DNA of 64,000 nt, from positions 109,306,001 through 109,370,000 of the forward strand of contig OX597819.1 in NCBI GenBank assembly GCA_951406725.2, written 5' to 3'. A program made the position numbers and the translations under genes. The first letter of the stretch is position 1, and every line of letters begins with the position of its first letter. Of this stretch, positions 11,781 to 24,261 are shown piece by piece. This stretch comes from Octopus vulgaris. Its lineage: Eukaryota. Below the pieces are notes generated by a model that worked only from the letters and a program-made list of their open reading frames with translations, was not told the DNA's origin and searched no databases.

Positions 11781-13178
11781 CAACCTTGGTCTTTGCTAAA
11801 TAAACCATAAGGCCATTCAATTCCAGGTTTTGCTTCCACACCTGGAATTTCTTTTCTAGTTCTGTTACAGAATCTGCTATGAGAGCAAGGTCATTAGCAT
11901 ATAGCAGTTTCCACAGGCAACCAGTCTTGAATTCCTCTGTTATGGTTAGGAGAACTATGATGAATATGAGGGGATTGAGAACCGAACCTTGTACACATGG
12001 TCAACTCTCAACTGTAGAAACCATGCCAAAACAGTGGAGAGATGGTGCAACTCCTAGCCTTTTCTTAGCTCTTGCCAGACCATCCAACCCAGCTAGCATG
12101 GAAAATGGACATATGATGATAAAATCAGTAGTTCATAAGTCAGAAACAAAAGCACATTCAATTTTTATTATCATCAAGCAATATATTGCTTGAAAATGTC
12201 ACCATCATCAGATATATTTAACATTGGCTATTCCATGCTTGCATGGATCAGACAGAATTTTTTTAGGCAGATTCATTATAACCTGATGACCTACCTATTG
12301 CTAACCTTCAACTGTTTCCAAGCAAGGTAATATTTCTCTATGGCTTGACATTTTTGTGGAAGATTGGAAACAAGGAACATAGCTTGTCTGTTGGAGATAC
12401 TTGTTTACAACCATTACATGACATTATGACAAGGAATATGATAACACATGCACAAATATGACAGGCTTCTTTTAGTTTCCATAAAAAAAATCCACTCAGA
12501 AGGCTTTTGTCAGCTGAGTACTATAGAAGACATTTGCCGAAGGTGCCACACAGTGGGACTGAACCCAAGACCACAAGGTTGGGAAACAAGCTTCTCGACT
12601 ACACAGCAATACTTGCATGCATATATAATTCAATTACAGCCGTATATGTATATATATAAATTCAATTACAGCAGTAAGGGAGTGTTTGATTTTTGCAGAT
12701 AATAAATTTTTATCAAATGCTATATCTCCATTTTCTTTCTTATATATATAATATAGCCAAGTTCCCTATCAAAAGCTCAATGGCAACAGTCATTTAGCAA
12801 TACAATGGCAAATAAAATATAACACACATCAAAGCTGTCTCCCAGGTTTGATGATCAGAAAAGAAATATTGTTTTCTACTCTAGGCCAGTCGATTAGATC
12901 GATCCAGTATGCATGCAACTGGCAACTGATACTTAATTTATCAACCCCGAAAGGATGAAAGGCAAGCAACGACCAAGGTTGATTTGTTTGTTGTGGCCAA
13001 ATATTTCACCATTAGGTATTATGTCAATAGCCATATGTTAATTTCTTTGATAATACAGCCAAACCTTATATATATATATATATATATTTATTTATATTTC
13101 CTGAGCGCTATACTAATACAATTGTTCGTTTGTTTTCCACCTGCCTTCGTCTTTTGTCTATTTTCATAAAGTTTCCCG

Positions 13179-13226
<48 letters not shown>

Positions 13227-13632
13227 CAAAATGGAACAAGAACACAAAACATCCAGATAGACGATACAAAGAAAACAAGGACAGGTCATTCGAAGTTTTT
13301 TTTCCTCAGTGAAGCACCAGATTATCCTCGCAATTTCGGTTGATTATTATTGAGATTGCTCCAATCTGGCCAGCCCCAAGGAAAAACTAAGCTAAGAGCA
13401 TTAGATTCCTTGGAAGAAAGCAGCGAATGTATACAAAAACAAGGACGGAAAAAACGGACAATGTTACACAAATATAAATACAATAAAAATAAAAGTAATA
13501 ATAGGACATAACAAGTGTCTTTCGACTAAGGACGAATTGAATTAAGCTGGCGCGTGTGGAAATGAAGCCTTATGGCAGAGATACAAAAATTTCACAAACA
13601 CAGGGAAGAATATCGATGTTGCACGGACAACG

Positions 13633-13690
<58 letters not shown>

Positions 13691-14608
13691 CTTAGCTGTA
13701 TTATCAAGGATTTCACTTCACAAAAATATTTGGCAAATAAAGATGAAGCCGTACTTCAAAAATTTTAGTAAATTTTCTATTAATTCCGATACTTATATAC
13801 TCAATTTTGAACACTAGTTATTGATGGGTCTTATTTAGAGTTATTTCCCCTTGAAGTACCACAGGGTATACACACCGGTGGATTCACAGTACACACACGT
13901 TTCTACATAGTTTTCGTTTAGCAAATTCCACTTTCAAGTGAATTAATAGAAGATACTCATCCAAGGGGCTGTGCAGTGGGACCGAACCTAAAACGGTACA
14001 AGTGCGATGAAAAATTACTATACACTCCCTCAGTTGAAAGGGTCTTGTCTTGCGAGTTGTGATCTCACTAGTGGCAGTTCTACGTGAAAGGCGCCTAGTA
14101 GACCCTTGAATGGTTGGTGTTAGGAAGGGCATCCAGTCATAAAAACCATGCCAAAGTAGATGTTAGCACTTGGCACAGTCATCTGGCAAAGTACCCAATC
14201 CATGCCAAAATGGAAAACGGACGTTAAACAGCGATGATGGCAGTTACGTTTGTCCTATTCAACAAAGGATTATTATAAACGCACGCAAATATTGATAGAC
14301 TATTCAAAGAGGCATTTTTACTTCAAAACATTGAGAAGAATACTAGCTGTGAAGCGAAGGAGAGCGTGTCTAGTGCTTCGATGCAATGAATGAAGTAATT
14401 TTGAGAGGAGGAGGTGTGTCGACGCCACGGACTACAGTACTTGACTTGACTGGCATTTTATTCTATTAAACCGAGGGATGAAAGGCAAAGTTGACTGCAG
14501 TTGTAATTGAACTCGGAACGTAAAGAGCTGGAATAAATACCATGAAGCAATTTCGCCTGGTGTTTTTACAAAGCTGCTAATCCATTAAAGATGTAATATT
14601 TCATTTCT

Positions 14609-15010
14609 GAAGGCGGCGAGCTGGCAGAATCGTTAGCACGTCGGGCGAAATACTTAGCGGTATTTCGTCTGCCGTTACGTTCTGAGTTCAAATTCCGCCG
14701 AGGTAGACTTTGCCTTTCATCCTTTCGGGGTCGATTAAATTAAGTACCAGTTACGCACTGGGGCCGATATAATCGACTTAATCCGTTTGTCTGTCCTTGT
14801 TTGTCCTCTCTGTGTTTAGCCCCTTGTGGGTATTAAAGAAATTGGTATTTCGTCTATCTTTTCATTCTGAGCTCAAATTCCGCCGAGGTTGACTTTGCTT
14901 TTCATCCTTTCGGGGTCGATAAATTAAGTACCAGTTGCGTACTGGGATCGATCTAATCGACTGGCTTTCTCCCCCAAAATTCGGGCCTTGTGCCCAGAGT
15001 AGAAAAGAAT
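14609..15010 (+). mobile_element. tRNA-derived SINE family B (Meta-domain-like core), head-to-tail dimer
   Basis: A box tggcagaatcg, B box gagttcaaattc, and core gtcgactttgcctttcatcctttcggggtcgataaattaagtaccag resembling the MetaSINE/Sauria central domain. Confidence 0.8.
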
Positions 15011-15936
15011 TTTTTTTCTGATCGGCAAACACGGGAGACAACTTCCAAGCATAATTCGATATAATTGGAAATCGTTGGCTGGTGTTTAGTTTCATATTTT
15101 GTTGAGTGTTTAACGAATAAATCATTAAAAGTAAATTTATGGAAATATGTATAATTTGTTGGTTTATAAAAATATTTATCTTCTTTTATTCACCCTAACA
15201 GCTAACGAATGAGTGTACGTGGTTGCTCAACCTGCTAGAAATAGCCGCCAAATCTTTCTCAAACCCTAGTCTTATCTTTTACTTGTTTCAGTCATTAGAC
15301 TACGGCCATGCTGAGGTATCACCTTGAAGAATTTTTAGCCGAATGAATCCACTCCAGTACTTAATTCTTTTTGAAGCTTGGTACTTATTTTGTTGGTCTC
15401 TTTTGCCGAACTGCTAAGTCACAGGGACGACCCACACGACGGGTTTCTTTCAGTTTCCGTCTACCAAATCTACTCACAAAGCTTTGGTTGGCCCGAAGTC
15501 ATAGTTGAAGATATTTGCCCAAGGTGCCACGCAGTGGGACTGAACCTGGAATCATGTGGTTGAGAAGCAAACTTCTGGGAACACATTAGATACTTCTGAA
15601 AAGATACGATGGCCATGGTTGGAATGACTTTGATCCTATGTCAGCTCGATCAGAGCAGATCTAAGATCAAACAACAACCCTAGCCCATGTTAAAAAAAGA
15701 TCCGCAAAAATATATGAATGGCTGTGTAAAAATAAAGTACAAAATGAGTAAAAAAACAAAAAAAAAACATTCACACAGCGGTGGTGCCCCAGCATGGCCG
15801 CGGCCTTCGGGCTAAAACATTTTAAAGGATTTAAGGACATATGCATGCATACTGCCCCCCCCCACTAACTTATTTAATACTCGTACACCCACAGATACAC
15901 GGAATTATATTTCTTTTTACACACATTGTCTCCATA

Positions 15937-16101
15937 GGCGCAGGAGTGGCTGTGTGGTAAGTAGCTTGCTAACCAACCACATGGTTGCGGGTTCAGTCCC
16001 ACTGCGTGGCATCTTGGGCAAGTGTCTTCTGCTATAGCCCCGGGCCGACCAATGCCTTGTGAGTGGATTTGGTAGACGGAAACTGAAAGAAGCCCGTCGT
16101 A

Positions 16102-16164
<63 letters not shown>

Positions 16165-16321
16165 AATTGTGTGTCTGTGTTTGTCCCCTAGCATTGCAAA
16201 AAGAGACCGATATAATAAGTACTGGGCTTACAAAGAATAAGTCCCGGGGTTGAGATTGCTCAACTAAAGGCGGTGCTCCAGCATGGCCGCAGTCAAATGA
16301 CTGAAACAAGTAAAAGAGTAA
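15937..16321 (+). mobile_element. tRNA-derived SINE family A (near full-length, internal (TA)n), ending about 10 nt from the Kir B exon 2 donor
   Basis: A box tggctgtgtgg, B box gggttcagtccc, CORE-like cttgggcaagt, tail ggcggtgctccagcatggccgcagtcaaatgactgaaacaagtaaaagag. Confidence 0.85.
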
Positions 16322-16332
16322 TAGCAACCTAC

Positions 16333-16597
16333 CTTCGAGGAATATTATGATTTCAAATCGTTCCTTTTCCAAGTCCAACGGACCACTGGTCCAGAAAGGG
16401 CTGGACTCTGTGATTTGATGCGTCAGCAAAACTGGCCACAAGAGACAAATATCTCCCTGCATACAGTCAACGGTGAAGGAGAGTTTATTCTGGTAGAGAG
16501 GGTATACGGAGCCTTCGTCAGTTATTGATTCAAGTACCAGTACACCATGGGCCGAAACGGATTGCAGTGATTTACCACGCAGGTCTCCAATACGGAC
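16333..16597 (-). CDS. Kir channel B, exon 2
   Basis: ttttggaaag|GTC acceptor and GAAG|gtaggt donor. VRIGDLRGKSL..TDEG..LLWPVLLTHQITESSPFW..FEIIIFLEG is the Kir cytoplasmic domain. Confidence 0.92.
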
Positions 16598-16666
16598 CTT
16601 TCCAAAAAAAAAAGAATAAATAAATAAAAACAAAGATGGAGAATGAGAGTAGAAATGAGCAACATA

Positions 16667-16735
16667 AGAGCGAGAGAGAGAGAGCGAGAGAGCGCACAAG
16701 AGAGAGAAAGAGAGCGCGCGCGAGAGAGAGAGAGC

Positions 16736-16773
<38 letters not shown>

Positions 16774-17388
16774 GAAAGAGCGCGCACGAGAGAGAGAAAG
16801 AGCGCGCGCGAGCGAGAGACAGAGAGAAAGAGCGAGTACGTGAGAGACAGAGAGAAAGAGCGAGTACGTGAGAGAGAGAAAGAGCGCGCAAGAGAGAGAA
16901 AGAGCGCGAGAGCGAGAGAGAGCGTGCGGCAAAGAGAGAGAGAGTGAGAGAGCGCGCGAGCGAAAGAGCACGAGAGAGAGAGAGAGAGTGCAGGAAAAAG
17001 AGCGCGCGCGGGAAAAGAGAAGGAAAGAGAGAGAGAGTGCGCGCGAGAAAGGGAGAGCGAGAGAGCGCGCGCGAGAAAGGGAGAAAAAGAGCGCGCGCGA
17101 GAAAGGGAGAGAAAGAGCGCGCGCGAGAAAGGGAGAGAGAGAGCGCGCGCGAGAAAGGGAGAGAGAGAGCGCGCGCGAGAAAGGGAGAGAGAGAGCGCGC
17201 GCGAGAAAGGGAGAGAGAGAGCGCGCGCGAGAAATGGAGAGAGAGCGTGCGCGAGAAAGGGAGAGAAAGAGCGTGCGCGAGAAAGGGAGAGAGAGAGGAA
17301 AGAGAGAGATAGAGAGGAAAAGAGAGAGAGCGAGAGAGAACGAAAAAGAGAGGGAGAGAGCGCCTGCGAGAAAGAGAGAGAGAGAGAG
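16667..17388. repeat. Polypurine (GA)/GCGCGC minisatellite, core unit about 26 bp GAGAAAGGGAGAGAGAGAGCGCGCGC
   Basis: Directly visible; source of several spurious long ORFs. Confidence 0.95.
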
Positions 17389-18075
17389 CAAACGTAGGTG
17401 ATATCAGTGTCAATGAGTGATCCTATTGAATTTATTTAATTGATAAATCACTTTATTCGTTACTGTTCAATATATATATTTATGTATGTATTTATGAATT
17501 AATTTATCCAATAAATTTACATCATTAATAAATCAATAAATAGCACCGGCAGAGTTATTTACAAATCGATGAATCTTTCCAATAGATTTATCTCATAAAT
17601 CAATAAATGCTATGTCCCTCCCCAAATGAACTTATATTATTCTTAAATCATTAAATGCACCCTTTCCGAAATAAATTTTTATCAATTATAGATCAATACA
17701 TTTACATTAACGTAAATCAAATTTACTCAAATTATCTTGCTTCATTTAATGGCTGATGTGATAAACGGAGGGTTGCTTTCTTTTTTAGAAGACAGTGGAA
17801 CAATAAACAAAAATCAAAATCAGAAATTGATTTAATTGAATTCATTTATAATTTACATTATCGATGGGTAAATACAGCACATTACAATATTTTTTTTATA
17901 CTGAAGAATAATTTTCAGAAAACAGTGTGTAAATAAAAAAGGGGGGAAAATAGAAAAGAAAAAAGGACAGACCTATATAAGAGTTTCTCACCCACGACGT
18001 ATTTTCTTCATAACCTTCAGAAAAATGAATGGCTTTTAAGGAAATTTTCACACAAATACTTTTTAGTTGGTGTTA

Positions 18076-18441
18076 GTGGAGGCGCAATGGCCCAGTGGTT
18101 AGGGCAGCGGACTCGCGGTTTCGATTCCCAGACCGGGCGTTGTGAGTGTTTATTGAGCGAAAACACCTAAAACCTCCACGACGCTCCGGCAGGGGATGGT
18201 GGTGATCCCTGCTGTACTCTTTCACCACAACTTTCTCTCACTCTTACTTCCTGTTTCTGTTGTACCTGTATTTCAAGGGGCCGGCCTTGTCACTCTCTGT
18301 GTCACGCTGAATATCCCCGAGAACTACGTTAAGGGTGCACGTGTCTGTGGAGTGCTCAGCCACTTACACGTTAATTTCACGAGCAGGCTGTTCCGTTGAT
18401 TCGGATCAACCGGAACCCTCATCGTCGTAACAGACGGAGTG
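18076..18441 (+). mobile_element. tRNA-derived SINE family C, inserted between inverted repeats of a MITE-like element (about 18010-18063 and 18575-18626)
   Basis: A box tggcccagtgg, B box ggtttcgattcc. Body shared with the copies at 30411-30704 and 55970-56253. Confidence 0.8.
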
Positions 18442-18730
18442 TAGATTAGGCGATTGTATCGGAATTTAATGGTGTGGGGGGTGGGGAGAGAAAATTATGT
18501 AATATGTGCGAAGATGTTTGTGCATGCGCCCACCACTTTTTTACATTAAATATACTCGTACTTTACACCATACGAAAGGTATTTGCAGAAAATTTCATTA
18601 AGAAATATCAATTTTTCTGAAGTTATGCGGTAAGAAAAATTGGAGATGGCATGGGGCTCACTTGTGTAGGACGGCCCAAAAATTTATTTAAAGAAAAAAC
18701 CCGCAAAAGAACATAACTTCCCTAATTATA

Positions 18731-18956
18731 CAGTCATAGTGTTGCAGGAGCTGAGTTAAGCAGCTTCTTCCTGGTCGGAAACCATGTTGGGTGTCAGGCA
18801 GCAAGTCATTTTCTTCAAGGAAGGTGATTAGTTTCCTTCTGACTATTCGTTCCATGACCTTGCTGATGCGTGAGGTCAGAGAGATAGGTCTGTAGTTCTT
18901 GGCCTCTGCTCTGCTACCTCCTTTATGAATAGGGCATATTTGACCTTCCTTCAGTT
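18731..18956 (-). mobile_element. 226-bp CR1 RT fragment, near-identical to 20896-21121
   Basis: Direct sequence match with only a handful of substitutions. Confidence 0.9.
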
Positions 18957-19623
18957 CAAGGCCTTATGTTGTTTAGTTCCGGGTCAACCCTGATTCAAAG
19001 CCGTATGATCAAAAGTCTAGTTATAATCATCCATCCTTTAGTTTTCCTATTCAAATTTTTGTACCTTGCTGTATTTCATGTATGTCCTGTGAATTTTGTA
19101 ATACACAGAACATATTTCCCTGGAGTTCATGCATCATATATGATACACATTCGCAATTCTTTTCATCCACCGAATTAACTTGAGATTTATGGAAGGAAAA
19201 ATTCATATTACGCTGAACGTATGAAACAAGGGCTTACGAAATGCCTGAAAATAAGCATGGGCATTTAGGACAAACTTACGAAAATGCTTTGGACAGGCAA
19301 AGGGTTAAATTGTTTTGTCGATCTGTATTGTACAAATATCTTTAAGTATCAATAAAGTTATGTCTATGAAGAATCTTCTTTTGAGACAATCAGTCTCAAT
19401 TTGAATGTTTTCTATTGTCTCATTGAAATTTTACGAACTCCGTTCACTAAATTTGACTTGTGCTGAATTTTGATGAACTCTAATTCGCATTTGACTAGTT
19501 TTGACAATTTACTAGGTGCATCTATGCGCACAACAGCTCCTGCATCATATTCGAAAATAGCTCTATGGAATTTTAGTGGTCTTCGTTACATGTTTTCAAC
19601 GAAATATTTCTCATTACTTGATA

Positions 19624-21140
19624 TTTTTTTTTTATCTAGTTTCAGCTCGCAAGCTGTGGCCATGCTGGGGCACTGCCATTTGGTGTTGCTACATGATTTT
19701 ACTTCACGAATGCTTTTTAGCAACTGCCATTTGGTGCATGAGAGAGTTCGATTCAGCTGCCCTCATCTGCACCTCCTGCCGTGAAGTTCATCTGGGATAC
19801 TTGACAAGAAGAGATCCAGTTTCATTTTAAAGACAATGCATCCACCCCATGCAGGTCTCTTAGGTTCTTCGGGAGGATATTGAAGAGCTGTGGGCCTGGA
19901 AGCCCAGGCTATCACAGTATCTTGTCCTATATCTTGATGGCAAATTTGGAGTCCTTGGTACTATGCAGGGGCGCCCAGTTCTGGCATTTGTGTAACTCTC
20001 GATGCCAAAGTTTGGGACAAGTCCTTCTAGGATCTTCCAGATGTATATTATGGCATATCTTTCTCGCCTACGCTCTAAAGAATAGAGTCTCAATCTCTTG
20101 AGTCTTTCCCAATAGCTTATATGCTGCACAGAGGCTATCTTCTTCGTGTAGCTTCGTTGGATCGCCTCAAGTTCTGTGATTAACTTGACACTGGATGGTG
20201 ACCATAGCTGAAAGCAATAGTCAAAGTGGCTTAGGACAAGTGTCCTCCAGAGGACCATCATGGTTTCTTGGTCTCTTGTTCTGAAGGTTCTAAGAATCCA
20301 TCCGGTCAGCCACCTACATTTCATTGCCAATTTAGCAACATGCACATGAAAGGTTGCATCATCACTCATGTAAATACCCAGGTCTCGCACTGATTGTGCC
20401 TCTGGGATTGCAGTCCCTCCAGGTCCAGTGTATTTATTGGGTATTGCATTTAGTTTTGCGTGCTGATAGCATAGAGCTTGAAACTTTTCAGCATTGAACT
20501 GCATGCTATTCTTTTCAGCCCACTTGTATATTTTGTCCAGCTCACATTGCAGGTGCTTAGTGTCTTCAGGGTTCTGTATTGCCTGTGAAACTTTTGTATC
20601 ATCTGCATAACTTGTGATCGTGGTGGCTGAGGGCATGTCTGAGAGGGCCATTATGAACAGTAGTGGTCCCAAAACAGTGCCCTGCGGAACACCGCTTACT
20701 ATTTGCGTGTTAGCGGCTACTACCACCTGACTTCTATCCTTCAGAAAGTCATGAAGCCATTCTCCCAATTTTCCAACAATGCCAAGATCACGCAGTTTGT
20801 GACATAACATTCCATGATCGACTTTATCAAAGGCCTTTGCAAAGTCGAGATATATGACTTCCACATTTGAGTGGTTGAGCAGTCGTTTCAGCACCCAGTC
20901 ATAGTGTTGCAGGAGCTGAGTTAAGCAGCTTCTTCCTGGTCGGAAATCATGTTGGGTGTCAGGCAGCAAGTCATTTTCTTCAAGGAAGGTGATTAGTTTC
21001 TTTCTGACTATTCGTTCCATGACCTTGCTGATGTGTGAGGTCAGAGAGATAGGTCTGTAGTTCTTGGCCTCCGCTCTGCTACCTCCTTTATGAATAGGGC
21101 ATATTTTACCTTCCTTCAGTTTTCTTGGAAGTTTGCCGGC
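19624..21140 (-). mobile_element. 5'-truncated CR1-group LINE with a largely open RT domain (ORF 19860-21227) in Kir B intron 1
   Basis: NYRPISLTS, YLDFAKAFDKVDH, GVPQGTVLGPLLF, YADD and LYSLERRRER motifs; 3' tail then A-run at about 19624. Confidence 0.93.
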
Positions 21141-22514
21141 CAGATGGATTCCCAGCAATCCTTCTAAAAGTATGTAAGAGAGTCCTAGCAAGACCACTAC
21201 AGTTCCTCTTTCAGAGCTTCCTTGCAACTAATTTCTTCAATATAAATTCTTTTTATTAGTTTTCTGATATTATTCATCCTTATTTTGATTGAATCTAAAC
21301 CTACAATTCTTTTACCACCAATGGATTTTTATTTATGGCAAAAATTACTTTCTAGATTTTTACTTGTACAATTTTCTCTTGTTGTTAAGATGCTGGTTGC
21401 CAGCGTGGAAGATGGAAGAAGAACAGTAATTGAAGTTGTAAAGAAATATTCATCGTTACTTTGTATATGTCCCAAACCACGACGGGTTGGTATGTATAAT
21501 TAGTAAATGGAAAAACATGCAAGGTAAAAAAAGTTGAATCGGACGATAAGTGTGTACATATTCTCATAGTACTATATAGAGAGATATGGTAATGTTATAG
21601 AGAAAAGTGAGAGTGGTAGAACGAAGCAACTGCTTCGTTGGTGAGTTACCATAGTTGTCCCTTTGTGCTTTTTCTTTCAGAGACGGGGTTTTGTTCAGCC
21701 GGTCAGCCAGACTCGGCTCTCATTAACCAATTTCTTTATTGCCAATACATGGCTAACATAGATGGGAAAGCACAAGGACAAAACAAAAACATTTAGGGAC
21801 TGGGAACTAACATTTAGGGACTAGCATTAGTTAGTCGGGGTAAAAATCGAGTATAATGAAATCGAAATGATGAATCAAATCAAAATGAACTAAAAATTAA
21901 ATGATAATATATAGTTTTTCTGGGTTTGTGTTCAACCTGCCGGTTTTTTTTTCCTATTTATAATTCATAATTTTTCGTTTTTTTCCTTCTTTTCCGTTCA
22001 GACCGGCTACACTAGCTTGGACTAAGATCGCTAGAGTTTGTCCTCGCCTGTTTTGTGGGGCGTCTCAGGATACCTGTATAATGTTTATCTTTTCCTCCCT
22101 CACATATAGGAGTGTAACCACCATCTACACTATTTCCACATCAGGGGGGATATTTTAAATTTTACTCCTAATCAAATAACTAGCTCGAACAAAGAGTTCT
22201 CACTAACTGCTTTGGCTTACGGAGTTCTTGTTTTTGCAACTATCCAAAACCAACCAGAAGGATAGACATATTGTTGAGAACAATAAATTTTGTTGGCGGT
22301 CTGTTATCTCTATTCTAGCTTTTGGTGGCCTAGAATAGGTTAGAAGGGTCAAGTGGCAAATACATTATTCTGGTAAATGTAACTGCTATCACTTACAGAA
22401 AAACTATTGTTTTGCCGTGAGAAAAGTGCTGTTGAAACTGTTAAGTGAAATTTGGCTATCGAGGATCGAAGCCACGCCATGCTTGCATGAACCACTACAC
22501 ACACACGTTATATA

Positions 22515-22894
22515 TCTATTATATAAAATCCATTCTGTGTGTGTGTGTCTTCTAGAATCTCGGGCATCCTCCATCCGATTGTGCTCAAATTTGATATGTA
22601 GATACCGATGGTATCAGGGCGTGTATAAGTCTTGAAAAACTTACAAAAATCGATTCCAGGTGAGAATGCGATCGATAAAGCCGTGGGAACGTGCATTTGT
22701 ACGCGCAAGTACATTAGCTGTTGCGATCGATACTACGCGTACGTGAGAAAAATGCACGGTGTCCCAAATTTAGGTTAAGTCAGTGTTTCTCAAAGGGGAG
22801 GCCTATGGGACGGTCGGACAAGTTGTTTTGAGAAAATTTGGTTTAAATGTTCGACAACTTAGCACCGTCCACTGGACGGGGGGCGTTTTGCTCG
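22515..22894 (+). mobile_element. Non-autonomous Helitron-like element (other copies 40365-40720 -, 44538-44790 +)
   Basis: 5' a|TCTATTATATAAAA, subterminal hairpin ccgtcca-c-tggacgg, 3' CTCG|t; three similar copies in the window. Confidence 0.75.
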
Positions 22895-23338
22895 TATATA
22901 TATATGGCTTTTCCCCTGTAGAAAGTCACCATCCACTTTATTAGGATATATTGAATAAGAGATATTGGATAAGAGCGGCACGTCCAAGATGTAACAGCTA
23001 GACGGAGAGCAACAGAGCTGCATCAACGGATACCATTTTGTTCAATAGTTGAAATTCTGTCGTACGCTTCTAAACGGTCTGATACAAGATGTCTGTAAGG
23101 TTCGATGTACGTTATCTGAAAGCTAAGTTGTTTAATATGAATCTTTATAAGATTACACAATGTAATACACTTTTTCGTCTTCAAATAATATCATAAATTT
23201 TAAAAGTGTTATAGAACTTAGTTTAAGGTTAAATAAAAAAGTGAAAGTAATAGATTCTCTTAAGATTAAAAAGCGGAAAATAAATGGTTTGAAGGCTAAA
23301 AGTTGTGGAATTTCATAAAATAGGATTGAAAGACTTAC

Positions 23339-24004
23339 CTGGAGACAAAGAATGCCGTCCTCTTGGCAAATCACCGCATTTTCGCTGAAGCGAATTGTTT
23401 TAGCCCGTTTGGAAGGTCGAAAAAACTTGGATACAATATAGGTGAGTAGAAAAGTGTCTGCGATGAGTCCAACTGTTATTTGGAAAAACAGAATGACCAA
23501 GGAACCGGCGCAGGACGTGTTTGGATGAACGAAACCGTACCCGATTGAAGTCTGTGTCTCAATAGAGAAAAGAAGTAAACCTACGAAGCTGGTCATACCT
23601 TTGACACACGGTTCGTAACTCGGATCTCCCAAGTGAATAAAATCGCCATTGATCCAGCAAACAGCGAACCAAGCGAGAGTGAAAAAAATAAATACCGTAA
23701 AGTACATAATGAAAAACGCAAGAATTGCCCATCGCCACTGGAGATCAAGCAAAGTCAGATAGATATCCTTGATAAAGAAGATGGGTTTCCGTCCTCTGTA
23801 GTCAATGCTGTACTGACCAGATTTGTTTACTAGAGCCTTGCGTTTTTGTTGAAGGGGACTTCTGCGAAAATAGTTAAAACATTGTGTGAAAAAATAGTGA
23901 CATAAATGCCTCCTTTTTCTATCCTTTGTTGCTGATTCAGTCACAGATTCAGATTCACAGTAAACGTGACGTTTTGAATTCTCCCTCATAGATATATTTT
24001 CCAT
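23339..24004 (-). CDS. Kir channel B, exon 1 (N-terminus, TM1, pore, TM2). Full CDS join 24004-23339, 16597-16333, 10178-9970 = 379 aa.
   Basis: DIYLTLLDLQWRW, PCV, LFSIETQTSIGYG, RPSKRAKTIRFSENAVI; CAG|GTAAGT donor at 23338; exon phases 0 and 1 join in frame. Confidence 0.93.
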
Positions 24005-24252
24005 GATTGTTCCTCAGTTTTCGAATCGAATGTCTATGTTGTGTATTTTAAGGCTTAGTGGTTGAAGAAAACACTTAAAATATTTCCCCTATTTTACCAG
24101 CTGTGTTTTTTTTTCTATCTCCAGAAACATGTTGAGTATTGTATGTGTGAATCGTTATATATTTTAATTTAATTTGGCTTTATTCTGTTTTGTGTGAGGC
24201 ATAACCATTTTTTGAGCACACCTGCACGTTTCAAGTTCGAAAGTACACTCCC

Positions 24253-24261
24253 ACTTCCGGT
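24253..24261. promoter_or_regulatory. ETS-type site ACTTCCGGT about 250 nt upstream of the Kir B ATG
   Basis: Consensus match only. Confidence 0.25.

Noticed and set aside
15917-17413. 498-aa ORF and overlapping Arg/Glu- or Leu/Ser-rich ORFs
   Set aside because: Open only because the GA/GC minisatellite lacks stops; just 16333-16597 is real (Kir B exon 2)
21141-21227. N-terminus of the 455-aa RT ORF as evidence of an autonomous LINE
   Set aside because: Non-ATG start in flanking DNA, no endonuclease domain or ORF1, and a frameshifted C-terminus
21620-21680. Hairpin aacgaagca/tgcttcgtt followed by gtgagt..tttcag
   Set aside because: The implied intron of about 41 nt is too short and no flanking coding exons were found
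23153-23338. C-terminal part of the 283-aa ORF
   Set aside because: Read-through into intron 1 past the CAG|GTAAGT donor
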